Origin: Clostridium sp. | GTDB lineage: Bacteria; Bacillota; Clostridia; Clostridiales; Clostridiaceae | Length of the DNA stretch: 64,000 nt | Direction of reading: 5' to 3' | NCBI RefSeq assembly: GCF_016650035.1 | Contig: NZ_JAENWM010000004.1 | Span: 5,896 to 69,895 of the forward strand | Part shown: piece after piece, positions 52,396 through 63,985 of the stretch | How the letters are laid out: every line of letters starts with the position of its first letter | How positions within the stretch are numbered: position 1 is the stretch's first letter | Made by a program: the position numbers and the translations under genes | Notes under the pieces: generated by a model | The model's database searches: none | What the model was told of the DNA's origin: nothing | Seen by the model: only the letters and a program-made list of their open reading frames with translations

Positions 52396-52815
52396 TTATA
52401 GACGTGTTCCCAAACTATCTAAATATCCCTGCAAAATGAATGTAGCTGCAATTTTATCTACAATCTTCTTTCTTTTCGCTCTAGATAAATCACCCTCGAG
52501 CATTACTCTATTAGCAGCTACCGTTGTTAATCTTTCATCCCACATTTTTACTTCTAAATCCAATGTTTCTTTAAGTTTGTCACAAAAACGTTGAACTTTT
52601 TCCCCTTGTGGTCCTATAGTACCATTCATGTTTTTAGGAAGTCCAGATACAATAGTTTCTACATCATATTTCTTGCATATCTGTGCAATTTCTTCAATAT
52701 CTACAACTATACTTTTCCTTTTTATTGTTGTAATTCCTTGTGCTGTTAATCCTAAAGGATCACATACAGCTACCCCTATTGTTCTGTCTCCAATATCTAA
52801 GCTTAATATTCTCAT
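52396..52815 (-). CDS. ruvX: YqgF/RuvX nuclease
   Basis: [36 protein letters not shown]. Confidence 0.95.
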   Translation of the reverse strand: MRILSLDIGDRTIGVAVCDPLGLTAQGITTIKRKSIVVDIEEIAQICKKYDVETIVSGLPKNMNGTIGPQGEKVQRFCDKLKETLDLEVKMWDERLTTVAANRVMLEGDLSRAKRKKIVDKIAATFILQGYLDSLGTRL

Positions 52816-52889
52816 TCACATACTCCTTTAATAATAACTAATTAATCTACAACATTAACATTAAAAAATAAAATGCCCCTAAGGACATT

Positions 52890-53147
52890 TTATTTTTTAA
52901 TGTCTAGATAAGATTTTAAAACCTCTTCTAATATTTCATCCCTCTCTAGCTTTCTTACAAGCGCTCTTGCTCCATTATAGTTCGTTATATATGTTGGATC
53001 CCCAGAAATTAAATATCCTACCATTTGATTTACCGGATTATAACCCTTTTTTATAAGCGAATTATAAACGTCAGTCAAAATAGTTTTTGTTAAATCTTTT
53101 TTATCTTTTACAAAATCAAATTGGACTGTATTTTCATTAGTATCCAT
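52890..53147 (-). CDS. ireB: IreB/ReoM (UPF0297) regulatory phosphoprotein
   Basis: [32 protein letters not shown]. Confidence 0.92.
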   Translation of the reverse strand: MDTNENTVQFDFVKDKKDLTKTILTDVYNSLIKKGYNPVNQMVGYLISGDPTYITNYNGARALVRKLERDEILEEVLKSYLDIKK

Positions 53148-53308
53148 TCTATACACCCCTTCCCTTATTATGCACTAACTATTGTAAAATGCACCATTAT
53201 GCGATTTATACAGTTTCTTAGTTACAATAAGTTCCATACTTATATTCTAACATGGATTGAATTATATCTTATTAGTTATATTATAAAACAATTCTTACAA
53301 AAAGTATA

Positions 53309-55954
53309 CTATTTTACCATTGTTTCAATTATAGATGGTACATTATTTATGGCTTCTTCTAATTTTTCAGGAAGTTTTCCACCTGCCTGTGCCATATCCG
53401 GTCTACCACCGCCACCGCCACCAGCTATTTTAGCAACTTCTTTAATTATTTTCCCGCAATGGATCCCACTATCTATTGCGGATTTAGATGCCATAGCAAC
53501 AAAGTGAACTTTATCATTTGTGGTACTTCCAAGGACAACTACGCCGCTTGCAAGTTTATCTCTAAGTTTATCTGCTAAATCTCTTAAGGCATCCACTTCT
53601 GTATCTTTTACGATACCGCAAATAACTTTAACACCTTTAACATTTTTGATATCATCTAAGATTTCTTCACCTGAAGAAGAAGCTAATTTACCTTTTAGTA
53701 ATATTATTGCCTTTTCTTTATCTTTTAATTCTGTCAATTGAACTTGTAGCTTATTTAATATATCTTTTTCTGTACATTTAAGTATATTCGCAATGTTTTT
53801 TATTAAATAGTTTTTATCTTCTATATATTGGATTGATTTATTACCTGTTATAGCTTCAATTCTTCTAACACCAGCGGCAACTCCAGCTTCAGTTAAAATT
53901 TTAAACAGCCCAATTTCTCCTGAGTTTTTCACATGAGTACCACCACATAATTCCATGCTAAAATCCCCTACAGAAATCACTCTAACATCCTCTTGATACT
54001 TTTCGTCAAAGAGTGCTATAGCACCACTTGTTTTAGCCTTTTCTATAGTCATAACATTCGTTTCAACTTTATATACTTGCATAATATTATGATTTACAAT
54101 CATTTCAACTTCATTAATTTCCTCCTGAGTTAATGCAGAAAAATGAGTAAAGTCAAATCTTAATCTGTCTTCATCCACATAAGAACCTGATTGATGAACG
54201 TGATCACCTAGAACTCTTTTCAGTGCTTCTTGAAGCATATGAGTTGCAGTATGGTTTTTACAAACTGCAGATCTTTTATCCTTATCAACCACAAGTGTTA
54301 CTAATTCATCCTGCTTAAGTGAGCCTTCCATCATCTTTATAAAGTGAACTACTTTACCAGAAGCATTCTTTTGACAATCGTAAACTTCTGCTTTGAAATT
54401 CTCATTAAAAATAATTCCACTATCAAAAGTTTGTCCTCCCATTTCAGCATAGAAAGGAGTAACATCTGTTACAATAATGCCCTTTGCTCCCTCTGAAAGT
54501 TCTAAAACAAGTTCTTCTCCGCTAATTAAAACTTTAGCTATAGATTGGAGCTCTGTTTTATCATATCCATCAAATTTTGTTACAATATTTTTAGGAATTA
54601 TATTTAATTTACTTTCTCCACTACCCATATAATTCGAATGAGACCTAGCATTTCTTGCTCTTTGCTTTTGACTTTGCATTTCGCTGTTAAAGTCCTCTAA
54701 ATTAATTTCAATACCTGCCTCATCTAATATCTCTTCCGTAAGTTCATATGGAAATCCAAAAGTGTCGTATAATTTAAAAGCTTTTTCTCCACTTAAAATA
54801 TTAATATTATTGTTTTTAAGTTCTTCTATATAACCTCTTAAAATATCCATACCAGAATCTAAAGTTTCTGAAAATCTTTCCTCTTCAAGCTTTATAATCT
54901 TTTTAATATATGAAGCTTTTTCTTGTAATTCCGGGTATGCTACAAAAGAATTTTCAATAGCAGTGCTACAAAGCTCATATAAAAAATTATTTTTAACTCC
55001 AAGTAATCTACCATGTCTTGCTGCACGCCTTAGTAAACGCCTAAGAACGTAACCTCTCCCTTCATTAGATGGAAGTACACCATCGCTTATCATAAAGGTT
55101 GTGCTTCTAACGTGATCTGTTATAACACGAAGGGATACATCATCTTTATGGGTTACTCCATATTTAACCCCTGAAATTCTTGAAACTTCTTGTAGTATGT
55201 TTTTTATAGTATCTACTTCGAAGATACTATTTTTACCTTGCATTATAGCAGCGATTCTCTCAAGACCCATTCCCGTGTCTATGTTAGTATTTTTTAATAT
55301 GTTATATTTACATTGTGCATCTTTATCAAATTGAGTAAATACTAAATTCCAAAATTCTATTACTCTATCTTCATTACCTGCTTTAACAAATTCTTCAGCA
55401 GTTTTTATTTGTCCTAGTTCTGTATTTCGATCAAAGTGTATTTCAGAATTTGGTCCACAAGGCCCTTGACCTATTTCCCAAAAGTTGTCTTCTTTTCCAA
55501 GTCTAAAAATCCTTGTAGCATCAATATCAGTGCTTTTACTCCATATATCAAAAGCTTCATCATCCTCTATGTATATAGTTACATATAAATTTTCTTTTGG
55601 TATATTTAAAACCTCTGTTACATATTCCCATGCCCATGGAATAATCTCCTCTTTAAAATAATCTCCAAATGAAAAATTTCCAAGCATTTCAAAGAAAGTA
55701 CCATGTCTTGATGTTTTTCCTACATTCTCAATGTCTCCTGTTCTAATACACTTTTGACAATTAGTTATTCTAGTACTAGGCGGTGTTTGAATTCCAGTAA
55801 AATACGGTTTAAGTGGTTGCATTCCTGCGTTTACAAGCAACAAACTATTATCATTCTTAGGTACTAGAGGAAAACTCTCTAGTCTAAGATGACCCTTGCT
55901 TTCAAAAAAATTTAGAAAGGATTCTCTGATTTCATTTAGCCCTAAATTATCCAT
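53309..55954 (-). CDS. alaS: Alanine--tRNA ligase
   Basis: [52 protein letters not shown]; start at ATG 55954 (the longer ORF extends into the T-box). Confidence 0.99.
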   Translation of the reverse strand: MDNLGLNEIRESFLNFFESKGHLRLESFPLVPKNDNSLLLVNAGMQPLKPYFTGIQTPPSTRITNCQKCIRTGDIENVGKTSRHGTFFEMLGNFSFGDYFKEEIIPWAWEYVTEVLNIPKENLYVTIYIEDDEAFDIWSKSTDIDATRIFRLGKEDNFWEIGQGPCGPNSEIHFDRNTELGQIKTAEEFVKAGNEDRVIEFWNLVFTQFDKDAQCKYNILKNTNIDTGMGLERIAAIMQGKNSIFEVDTIKNILQEVSRISGVKYGVTHKDDVSLRVITDHVRSTTFMISDGVLPSNEGRGYVLRRLLRRAARHGRLLGVKNNFLYELCSTAIENSFVAYPELQEKASYIKKIIKLEEERFSETLDSGMDILRGYIEELKNNNINILSGEKAFKLYDTFGFPYELTEEILDEAGIEINLEDFNSEMQSQKQRARNARSHSNYMGSGESKLNIIPKNIVTKFDGYDKTELQSIAKVLISGEELVLELSEGAKGIIVTDVTPFYAEMGGQTFDSGIIFNENFKAEVYDCQKNASGKVVHFIKMMEGSLKQDELVTLVVDKDKRSAVCKNHTATHMLQEALKRVLGDHVHQSGSYVDEDRLRFDFTHFSALTQEEINEVEMIVNHNIMQVYKVETNVMTIEKAKTSGAIALFDEKYQEDVRVISVGDFSMELCGGTHVKNSGEIGLFKILTEAGVAAGVRRIEAITGNKSIQYIEDKNYLIKNIANILKCTEKDILNKLQVQLTELKDKEKAIILLKGKLASSSGEEILDDIKNVKGVKVICGIVKDTEVDALRDLADKLRDKLASGVVVLGSTTNDKVHFVAMASKSAIDSGIHCGKIIKEVAKIAGGGGGGRPDMAQAGGKLPEKLEEAINNVPSIIETMVK

Positions 55955-56019
55955 AATATCTCCTCCATTTATCACGTTTTCGCACGTGTAATTTAAAAAA
56001 TCGCGATTTTTTATATATA

Positions 56020-56240
56020 AAAAAAACCTCACTCCCCCAATCCAAGGGACGAAAGTTTTCCGCGTTACCACCCTAATTATATAACTATATAATTAATATA
56101 AACTAATTATATTGCAATATCTCTCAAGTAAATATGGTTCAAAGATAGCTTCAATATATTTAACAAGAAGTTTTCACCATACACTTCCTCTCTAAATGTT
56201 ACAATTTATTTACTAGTTCTCATCATTACCAAATATTAAA
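56020..56240 (-). ncRNA. T-box riboswitch (Ala specifier)
   Basis: AGAGAG and GGTGAAA stem I motifs, GAA-GCT specifier (56147-56149), AGGGTGGTAACGCGG T-box (56060-56074), terminator plus U-run. Confidence 0.92.
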
Positions 56241-56389
56241 TTTCATTTATATATTATAGCATATTTAACCATGATTCATCAATAAATCCAATTTATATTT
56301 TAAAATATATTTGTTATAGATATTTAAGTTGCAGATATTTATATTTTTAATTATCACAAATAAAACAACTAATATTTTATTTGTGATAA

Positions 56390-57424
56390 TTAAAATAAGT
56401 AGTAGTTTAAGTCCTCGTACACGACTTTAATCATTACTCCTAGAGGCACTGCAAGTATCATACCTAAAATACCTCCAACCTTTCCCCCTATAAGCAATAA
56501 TAATATTACTGTTAAAGGGTGCATACTTATACTATCTCCAATTATTTTTGGTGATAGTATATCCCCTTCAATTTGTTGAAGTATAAAAAAACACACCACT
56601 ACGTATAAAGCTGTTTTAGGCGAAATCAATAGCCCTATTAAAATAGCAGGAATCACCCCAAATATGGGTCCAAAATAAGGTATTATATTTGAGATTCCAT
56701 TTATCAAAGAAAGTATTAGTGGAAAATCAACTTTCAGAAATATTAAAATGAAAAAAGTAGCAACAGTTATGAATCCACATAAGAACAGTTGACTTATAAT
56801 ATATTTCCCAAGGACCTTATCAATGTCCTCTATAATTTTCTTTATTACATTTCTGCTCTCAGGAGGAAAAATTATTAAAGCTTTATTTATCATATTTTCA
56901 CTATCACATAAAAAGTAATATATTATTAAAGGCGAAACCATGTAAGTTATTATATTTTCAGAAAGGCCCATGATAGAATTTAATCCACTATCAATTATTA
57001 TAATTATCTGTCCATTTGCTTTGTTGTATATGGTGGTTATAATACCACTCATAATTTTATTTTTGTTTAGCACCTTTATCTTGGAATTTGCATGGGTCAA
57101 GTACTTTCCTAAATCGTTTATTGACTTATATAGGTTAGAACCTTCTCTAAATATAGATGGAATAACCAATATAAAAGTTAATGATATTATACCTACTAAC
57201 CCCAATATTATTAAAGAAGCAGCTATTCTTTTATTTATACCTTTGTTAATTAAAACCATATATATAGGTTTTAGTAAATAAGCCACAACAAAGGAAATAA
57301 AGGTTAAATTTATTAATTGTTTAATAATAGGTATTCTAATAGCCCTATTAATTAGCAATATAAAAAGAGTAATCCCGATAATAGTAATAACCAGTTTTCT
57401 TTTATTAATTTTTTTCATTTGCAT
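56390..57424 (-). CDS. AI-2E family transporter
   Basis: AYLLKP, IPYFGPIFG, QQIEGDILSPKIIG, MHPLTVI. Confidence 0.9.
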   Translation of the reverse strand: MQMKKINKRKLVITIIGITLFILLINRAIRIPIIKQLINLTFISFVVAYLLKPIYMVLINKGINKRIAASLIILGLVGIISLTFILVIPSIFREGSNLYKSINDLGKYLTHANSKIKVLNKNKIMSGIITTIYNKANGQIIIIIDSGLNSIMGLSENIITYMVSPLIIYYFLCDSENMINKALIIFPPESRNVIKKIIEDIDKVLGKYIISQLFLCGFITVATFFILIFLKVDFPLILSLINGISNIIPYFGPIFGVIPAILIGLLISPKTALYVVVCFFILQQIEGDILSPKIIGDSISMHPLTVILLLLIGGKVGGILGMILAVPLGVMIKVVYEDLNYYLF

Positions 57425-57935
57425 TTACCTTTACAAAGAAGTTATGTGGCATGCTTTTAAAGGAATATTCCTCGCAATTTGGAAGGTATAAAAGATTTTC
57501 TTCTCCGAGTATAAGTTCATTTATTAGCATTATTCTTTTCCCTCTAATTAAATTCGGGATAAATCCTGAAGAAACTATAACCCCTTTTATTTCAAAGGTA
57601 TCATATGTAAAAGTAATATCCTCAACCATACCAAATATATTGCTACATTTATCTATTACATCCATATTAATAAAGCTATGTAAACATAAACATTTATTAG
57701 ACTCTACTTTTTTAACTACCATATGCTTATTAAAATATATTATGTCTTCCTTTAACACGCTTACATTCTTGCGGAAAAATTGATATGGAGATACCAAGAA
57801 TCCAATTACCTTTCCACAATTAAAATCTATTAACAGATCTTTAATAAATCCGATTCTCTTACCCTCAACAGTTACCACATCCATGAATTTAAAATCTTTA
57901 CTTTTAAACATACTATCTCCTATATTAAACATCAT
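57405..57935 (-). CDS. Tandem PRC-barrel protein
   Basis: Two PRC-like halves (EGKRIGFIKDLLID; FGMVEDITF..G). Confidence 0.8.
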   Translation of the reverse strand: MMFNIGDSMFKSKDFKFMDVVTVEGKRIGFIKDLLIDFNCGKVIGFLVSPYQFFRKNVSVLKEDIIYFNKHMVVKKVESNKCLCLHSFINMDVIDKCSNIFGMVEDITFTYDTFEIKGVIVSSGFIPNLIRGKRIMLINELILGEENLLYLPNCEEYSFKSMPHNFFVKVNANEKN

Positions 57936-58094
57936 ATTTTTTTTTAGATATAGTTATGATTTACAATTAGTTTAAAAGTTATTACATAAATTAATATTAT
58001 TTTAAGTTATCACTCTTTTTCCTACGATTATAGAGGGATACCTAGTTTTACAACTAGACATCCCTCTATAATCGTAGCTTTATTTATATTTAGT

Positions 58095-59171
58095 CTATAA
58101 AATTTCTTCTATTATTCCTCCACCAACTACTTTGTTTTCTAAATAGAATACCACTGATTGACCCTTGGTTATAGCCCTTTGTTTTTCATCAAATACAACT
58201 TTCATCCTATTGTTTTCTAGCGGAATTAAAGTAGCGAGTTGTGGTTTTGCAGAATATCGAATCTTAGCTGTAACTCTTAACTCCGATTCAACCTTATCAA
58301 ACATTATAAAATTCAGATCTTTTGCTACTAGTGTAGTTTTAAAAATATCTTCTTCGTCTCCTAAAATCACTTGATTAGTTAGAGGATTAATATCAGTTAC
58401 AAAAATAGGTTTGCCTAGAGCTATCCCTAGTCCTTTTCTTTGTCCTATAGTATAGTACACTATCCCCTTATGTTTTCCTAAAACCTTCCCTTGCTTATCA
58501 ACAAAGTTACCTGGCTTAATTTCCCTACCACTATATTTCACAATATAAGCTCCATGGTCATTATCAGGTATGAAGCAGATTTCTTGACTATCTTTTTTTC
58601 TATAAACTTCTAGTCCGATTTTCTCTGCAATCTTTCTTATCTCTGGCTTAGTATAGTCCCCACAAGGCATCAAAGTGTGACTTAATTGCTCCTGAGTTAA
58701 ACTATATAGCGCATAGGTTTGATCTTTTTTATCATCGTCCGATTTTTCAAGTAAATATCTACCATCAATTTTTTCAATTTTAGCATAGTGGCCTGTGGCT
58801 ATATAATCAGCTCCAAGTCCCTTTGCTTTCCTTAAGAATTCATCAAATTTAATAACTTTATTACATACAATACATGGGTTAGGTGTTCTACCTTCCATGT
58901 ATTCATCAATAAAATTATCAATAACATTTGTCTTGAAAACATCCTTAAAATTCATAACATAAAAAGGTATGTCTAGTACATCCGCAACTCGTCTTGCATC
59001 ATTAGCCGCGGAAATAGAGCAACATCCACTTTCATTTTCTTCATAATCAGGATTATCTGGAGAGAGTTTCATCATAATCCCTATAACTTCATAGCCTTCT
59101 TCTTTTAAAAGATAGGCAGCTACAGAACTATCTACTCCCCCACTCATTCCAATAACTACTTTTTTTCTCAT
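58095..59171 (-). CDS. mnmA: tRNA 2-thiouridylase MnmA
   Basis: [39 protein letters not shown]. Confidence 0.98.
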   Translation of the reverse strand: MRKKVVIGMSGGVDSSVAAYLLKEEGYEVIGIMMKLSPDNPDYEENESGCCSISAANDARRVADVLDIPFYVMNFKDVFKTNVIDNFIDEYMEGRTPNPCIVCNKVIKFDEFLRKAKGLGADYIATGHYAKIEKIDGRYLLEKSDDDKKDQTYALYSLTQEQLSHTLMPCGDYTKPEIRKIAEKIGLEVYRKKDSQEICFIPDNDHGAYIVKYSGREIKPGNFVDKQGKVLGKHKGIVYYTIGQRKGLGIALGKPIFVTDINPLTNQVILGDEEDIFKTTLVAKDLNFIMFDKVESELRVTAKIRYSAKPQLATLIPLENNRMKVVFDEKQRAITKGQSVVFYLENKVVGGGIIEEIL

Positions 59172-59181
59172 TTAATATCCC

Positions 59182-59607
59182 CTATTCTCCGTGCACCTGT
59201 GCGTGTATGTCATCGTGTGCTTTGTAATCCCATACTTCAAGTCCAGCTTTACTTCTATAGTCATTAATTGCTTTGTGAATAGCTTCTTCAGCAAGAACCG
59301 AACAATGCATTTTTATTGGTGGCAGACCATCTAATGCTTCAGCTACAGCTTTATTTGTAAGTGTCCATGCCTCATCTACAGATTTGCCTTTAATAAGTTC
59401 TGTAGCCATGCTTGAAGATGCTATAGCAGATCCACAACCAAAAGTTTTAAATTTTGCATCTATTACTATATTATCTTCTACCTTCAAATAAACTTTCATA
59501 ATATCTCCACATCTAGCGTTACCAACTTCACCAATTCCATCAGCATTTTGAATTTCTCCTACATTTCTTGGGTTATTAAAATGATCCATAACTTTATCAC
59601 TATACAT
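59182..59607 (-). CDS. iscU: Fe-S scaffold IscU/NifU
   Basis: HFNNPRN, CGD, FGCGSAIASSS, KMHCSVLA. Confidence 0.97.
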   Translation of the reverse strand: MYSDKVMDHFNNPRNVGEIQNADGIGEVGNARCGDIMKVYLKVEDNIVIDAKFKTFGCGSAIASSSMATELIKGKSVDEAWTLTNKAVAEALDGLPPIKMHCSVLAEEAIHKAINDYRSKAGLEVWDYKAHDDIHAQVHGE

Positions 59608-59608
59608 A

Positions 59609-60790
59609 TTATTTTTCCTCCTTCAAAAAGTCATCCCATAATGGCGACATATCTCTTAGTCTTTTTACAATTTTTGGTACTGTTTCTATTACAAAGTCTA
59701 CTTCTTCTTCAGTAGTAGCATCTCCTAAACTAAGTCTTAAAGAACCATGGGCTATTTCAATTGGAACCCCTATGGCTAGCAAAACATGAGATGGATCTAA
59801 AGATCCAGATGTACAAGCACTCCCGCTTGAACCTGCAATACCATTCGCATCTAAGAGTAATAGTATAGATTCGCCTTCTATAAATTTAAAACAAATATTA
59901 GAATTACCTGGAAGTCTATTTTCGGATATAGGTCCATTTAATTTTGAATATGGTATTTCTAATAATCCATTAATAAGCTTATCTCTTAAATAAACTAGTT
60001 TTTTATTGTTGTCATCCATGTTTTGGGTAGCAAGTTCAAGAGCTTTACCAAGGCCTACTATGCCTGCCACGTTTTCAGTACCTGCTCTTTTATTCCTTTC
60101 TTGGCCACCACCATGTATTAAATTCTCTACCTTAATACCTTTTCTTACATATAGTGCTCCCACTCCCTTAGGTCCATAGAATTTATGAGCGGCTAAGGAT
60201 AATAAATCTATATTCATTTCCTTTACGTCTACTGGAATATGACCTACTGCTTGAACTGCATCTGTATGGAATAATATTTTTTTACTTCTACATAATGCTC
60301 CAATTTCTTTTATTGGCTCTATTGTTCCAATTTCATTGTTAGCAAACATTATTGACACTAAAATAGTTTTATCTGTCATAGCATTTTCTAAATCCTTAAT
60401 ATTAATAAATCCATATTCATCTACAGGTAAATAGGTAATTTCAAATCCGTTTTTAGCTAAGTATTCACAAGTATGTAGCACAGCATGATGTTCAATAACT
60501 GTTGTTATTATATGATTTCCCTTTTGCTTATAAGCAGACGCAATGCCCTTTATTGCAAAATTGTCTGCTTCCGAACCTCCTCCGGTAAAGTAAATTTCAT
60601 TTTCATTAGAATTTATAGCTTTTGCTACCTTATCTCTAGCAATATCAATTGCTTTTTTAGTTTCTCTTGATAGAGAGTAAATTGATGAAGGATTACCAAA
60701 ATATGTTGTAAAATAAGGAATCATCTCTTCTAAAACTTCTGGTTTAGTATAAGTGGTTGCAGCGTGGTCCATGTAAATTGATTTATTCAT
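59609..60790 (-). CDS. iscS: Cysteine desulfurase IscS/NifS
   Basis: HTDAVQ, AHKFYGPKG, SGSACTSGS. Confidence 0.97.
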   Translation of the reverse strand: MNKSIYMDHAATTYTKPEVLEEMIPYFTTYFGNPSSIYSLSRETKKAIDIARDKVAKAINSNENEIYFTGGGSEADNFAIKGIASAYKQKGNHIITTVIEHHAVLHTCEYLAKNGFEITYLPVDEYGFINIKDLENAMTDKTILVSIMFANNEIGTIEPIKEIGALCRSKKILFHTDAVQAVGHIPVDVKEMNIDLLSLAAHKFYGPKGVGALYVRKGIKVENLIHGGGQERNKRAGTENVAGIVGLGKALELATQNMDDNNKKLVYLRDKLINGLLEIPYSKLNGPISENRLPGNSNICFKFIEGESILLLLDANGIAGSSGSACTSGSLDPSHVLLAIGVPIEIAHGSLRLSLGDATTEEEVDFVIETVPKIVKRLRDMSPLWDDFLKEEK

Positions 60791-61223
60791 TATTTTTCAC
60801 TCCTTTTATTAGTGCTATTTCATTGTAATCATCCACAATATCTTTTAAAGTTATTGTGGATGTTACACTATCTATGCTAACTTGAATTTTTTTCCACAAT
60901 AATCTAGTTGCACAACAGTCAATATTATTGCATGCTCCGTCTTCTAGGCAATTTGACACTTCAATCGGACCTTCAAGTACGTTAATAACATCTTGTATAG
61001 TTATTTTCTCCGGCGCTCTATTTAGAATATAACCGCCTTGAGCTCCCCTTATACTTTTAATAAGTTTGGCCTTTTTAAGAGAAGAAAATAATTGCTCTAA
61101 ATAATATTCTGAAATATTTTGCCTTTGGGATATGTTTTTAATAGATACCGGTTGCTCTCCATAATTTATTGCTAAATCTACCATGGCTTTAACCCCATAT
61201 CTTCCCTTAGTAGATAATTTCAT
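60783..61223 (-). CDS. iscR: Rrf2 regulator IscR
   Basis: STKGRYG, YLEQLF, RGAQGGY, Cys cluster CLEDGACNNIDCC; heads the isc operon. Confidence 0.88.
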   Translation of the reverse strand: MKLSTKGRYGVKAMVDLAINYGEQPVSIKNISQRQNISEYYLEQLFSSLKKAKLIKSIRGAQGGYILNRAPEKITIQDVINVLEGPIEVSNCLEDGACNNIDCCATRLLWKKIQVSIDSVTSTITLKDIVDDYNEIALIKGVKNNE

Positions 61224-61237
61224 TTAACCACCCCTTT

Positions 61238-61303
61238 AAAGTAGAGTGTTTTACTATACTTTATAAATACATAATATCAAACCCCAGTAATCTTGTCAAC
61301 TAT
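61238..61303 (-). promoter_or_regulatory. Two IscR type-1-like operators overlapping the TTGACA -35
   Basis: ATAGTTGACAAGATTACTGGGGTTT (61303-61279) and imperfect dyad AAAGTATAGT-N5-ACTCTACTTT (61262-61238). Confidence 0.6.
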
Positions 61304-61400
61304 AAATATGATCTTTTTAATTATTATTTTCAAAGGCAATCAATTATTGAAAGATTTGATTATATATAGTATAATTTTAAAAAAGCTTTGGAGGTAAAAT

Positions 61401-61614
61401 ATGAAAAACTTATGAGAGCTTCGGATTTTTGCCTATAGATACACCAGTAATAGAGAAATCCGAGATTTTACTAGCAAAAGGAGGCGGAGAGACTGAAAAA
61501 CAAATTTACAGATTTACTAAGGGTAATACTGATTTATCCTTAAGATTTGATTTAACCGTGCCCTTAGCTAGGTATGTGGCCCAAAATTACATTAAAATAA
61601 GGTGTCTGTTTTGA
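61401..61614 (+). pseudogene. hisS: Histidyl-tRNA synthetase N-terminal fragment
   Basis: RBS GGAGG plus ATG 61401, then [53 protein letters not shown] in another frame; ends abruptly. Confidence 0.88.
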
Positions 61615-61630
61615 ATATATTATTAATATA

Positions 61631-61674
61631 AAAGACTCACAAAGCCACTCATGATCATGGCTTTGTGAGTCTTT
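61631..61674. terminator. Bidirectional terminator
   Basis: AAAGACTCACAAAGCCA / TGGCTTTGTGAGTCTTT perfect 17 bp stem. Confidence 0.8.
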
Positions 61675-61745
61675 ATTAGAAAAAGTGTAACTGCAATTTA
61701 TATAATGCACACTAGGAAATTCTTATATTGATCTATTTGTGTTTT

Positions 61746-62246
61746 CTACTTAATGTAAGTTGTTACTATTTCTCCATAATACAAAGTATGGTAATCACCA
61801 TCTGCATAGGAGCTTTCTACAATATCTCTTGAAAGAAGCTTAGGATTCATATCCTGTTTATATACAATTTTACACTCATAATGAAGTTCACATTCACCAA
61901 TTATCGGAGTAGCAACATTTCTACTATCATCTAAGGTTAATTTACATTCCTTAAATTTATCAATGTCTCGGCCTGATTTACTTCCACAAACTGCTAATGC
62001 ATTCTTTAGATCTTTACTTAAGGGTATACTCACAGTAAAGTCATCTGAATTTTCTATAAGATCATGAGTATATCTCGATTTTCTTACCAAAACAGTAAAG
62101 ATAGGTCTATTCCATTCATATCCCACATTTCCCCAACTTATAGTCATAGTATTAATTTTCCCACCAGATTTCACTGTTAAAAACGCGCCCTGAGTATGTA
62201 AAAAGTTCATACCTTTTTCTAAATTTTCCGTAAAATTAATTTTCAT
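61746..62246 (-). CDS. Flavin reductase-like FMN-binding protein
   Basis: NTMTISWG, CGSKSGRDIDK, YECK, YHTLYYGEI. Confidence 0.88.
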   Translation of the reverse strand: MKINFTENLEKGMNFLHTQGAFLTVKSGGKINTMTISWGNVGYEWNRPIFTVLVRKSRYTHDLIENSDDFTVSIPLSKDLKNALAVCGSKSGRDIDKFKECKLTLDDSRNVATPIIGECELHYECKIVYKQDMNPKLLSRDIVESSYADGDYHTLYYGEIVTTYIK

Positions 62247-62277
62247 TATAACCCTCCATTCTACAAATTCATTTCTT

Positions 62278-63186
62278 CTATAAAAATAGTATTATTATAG
62301 GTACCGTTATTCCTGATAGTATTGTAGTTATAAATATACACTGTGAAGCGAGCAAAGGATCCCCATTATATTTCTCTGCAATTATTGCAGCTGTTACTCC
62401 TGCTGGCATAGCCGCAAGTATAACACATATATTTAGTAACAACTCATCTACCTTTAGAAATTTCATTGCAACATAAATAATTAATGGAACTACTAATAGT
62501 CTAACCATTGTAGCATAATATATAGACAAATCAGAAAAAATACTTTTAACATTCATTTCCGCCAGCATTGACCCAATGATTATCATTGCTATTGGTGTAG
62601 TCGTAGCTCCCACTAGTTTAAACGAAGCTTCAATAGGGATCGGTAATTCAATTGAAAATATGAATAAAATCATACCAATAAATACTGCTATAAGAGCTGG
62701 ATTTAATACCGCTTTTCTGACTGATTTAAAATCCTTTTCTCCGGTGAAGATCATTACGCCTACTGTCCACACTAAAACATTGAAAGGAATATTGAATATT
62801 GCCACATAAAAAACGCCTACCCCTCCGTAAATTGATTCAATAACTGGGTAGCCCATAAATCCCACATTCGAAAAAATTGTTACAAATCTAAATACCTTTT
62901 GTTTATTTTCGGGAAACTTAAAGAATAACAATTTACTAATAAATATTAGACTTATGTGTATCAAAAACGAGTATAATAAAATCTTTTGAGCATTACTAAC
63001 CATCTGTGCTTCATATTTAATATTAAAAGATGTAATTATCATAAATGGTAATGTTATATTTAATAATAATTCCGACAAACCTCTATCAACTATGTTACTT
63101 AGAAATTTCTTTCTCTTAGCGTAAAATCCCACCATTATAATAATAAATAATACGATAACTTGATTAATTAATTGGCTATTTTCCAT
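62278..63186 (-). CDS. AEC (auxin efflux carrier) family transporter
   Basis: FSNVGFMGYP, LNPALIA, AMPAG; about 10 TM helices. Confidence 0.9.
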   Translation of the reverse strand: MENSQLINQVIVLFIIIMVGFYAKRKKFLSNIVDRGLSELLLNITLPFMIITSFNIKYEAQMVSNAQKILLYSFLIHISLIFISKLLFFKFPENKQKVFRFVTIFSNVGFMGYPVIESIYGGVGVFYVAIFNIPFNVLVWTVGVMIFTGEKDFKSVRKAVLNPALIAVFIGMILFIFSIELPIPIEASFKLVGATTTPIAMIIIGSMLAEMNVKSIFSDLSIYYATMVRLLVVPLIIYVAMKFLKVDELLLNICVILAAMPAGVTAAIIAEKYNGDPLLASQCIFITTILSGITVPIIILFL

Positions 63187-63220
63187 TTCTATTCTCCTCA
63201 AAAATACTAGTAAAGTAATA

Positions 63221-63985
63221 TTACATATATTCCATTTTTCTATTTTTAAAATATACTGGTTTAAGGTTACATATTTCGCATATGCTATTAGCTAGCTGAA
63301 AGTTTTGCCCAACTTGTTCTGCATGATGTGCATCGGAGCCTATAGTAACATATTCCCCGCCGTTTTGCTTGTACGCACTATAAATATGCATTAAATTATT
63401 ATATGCTTCTTTATTTCCCAGTCTTTTAGTGTTTAGTTCTATTACTTTTCCATTACTAACTATAGTATTTAACACTTCATCTATATATTCATTAAATTCT
63501 TCGTAATGTATTTCCTTATCGTAAAATGCAGCATATCTAGATATATAATCAATATGACCTAAACTATCAATAAAATCATACTGTTTCACGCAATCAATCA
63601 TACTCCCAAAATATTGTTCAAATGATTCTTTTTTAGTTTTACCTTCATAAAATTTAGGATCGTATATATCTTGTCCATCAGCTACATGTATGGACCCGAT
63701 TATATAATCAAAAGGATACTTACTTGCTATAGCTCTATTTTCCTCCAAGCAATTTAATTGCATGCCAATTTCAATTCCAAGCATAAATTTATTACTCTTA
63801 TACTTGTCATAGTCATTAAAATACTTATCTATATCAAAGGTGAAATTTTCTTCTGTTGGAAATTTTAAATCTAGATGCTCTGTAATAGTCATTCCTATGC
63901 CAATCTTTTCAGAGTGTTCCAGCCCATGCTGAATCTTCATTTGAGAGTCTAGTGAAAATTCTGTATGTATATGTGAATCAATCAT
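63221..63985 (-). CDS. PHP-family histidinol-phosphatase-like protein
   Basis: DSHIHT, ITEHLD, IGSIH, GHIDY, GSDAH. Confidence 0.85.
   Translation of the reverse strand: MIDSHIHTEFSLDSQMKIQHGLEHSEKIGIGMTITEHLDLKFPTEENFTFDIDKYFNDYDKYKSNKFMLGIEIGMQLNCLEENRAIASKYPFDYIIGSIHVADGQDIYDPKFYEGKTKKESFEQYFGSMIDCVKQYDFIDSLGHIDYISRYAAFYDKEIHYEEFNEYIDEVLNTIVSNGKVIELNTKRLGNKEAYNNLMHIYSAYKQNGGEYVTIGSDAHHAEQVGQNFQLANSICEICNLKPVYFKNRKMEYM

Noticed and set aside
48382-61674. Long perfect inverted repeats (48382-48439, about 56345-56395, about 58025-58075, 61631-61674) as MITEs
   Set aside because: Each lies just after a stop codon, they share no sequence and show no target duplication; they are ordinary terminators.
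930-62809. Many short ORFs in the track antisense to or nested in long genes (e.g. 5771..6223, 19309..19872, 39537..40316, 41148..41666)
   Set aside because: Shadow frames of well-supported genes, with no RBS or family motifs.
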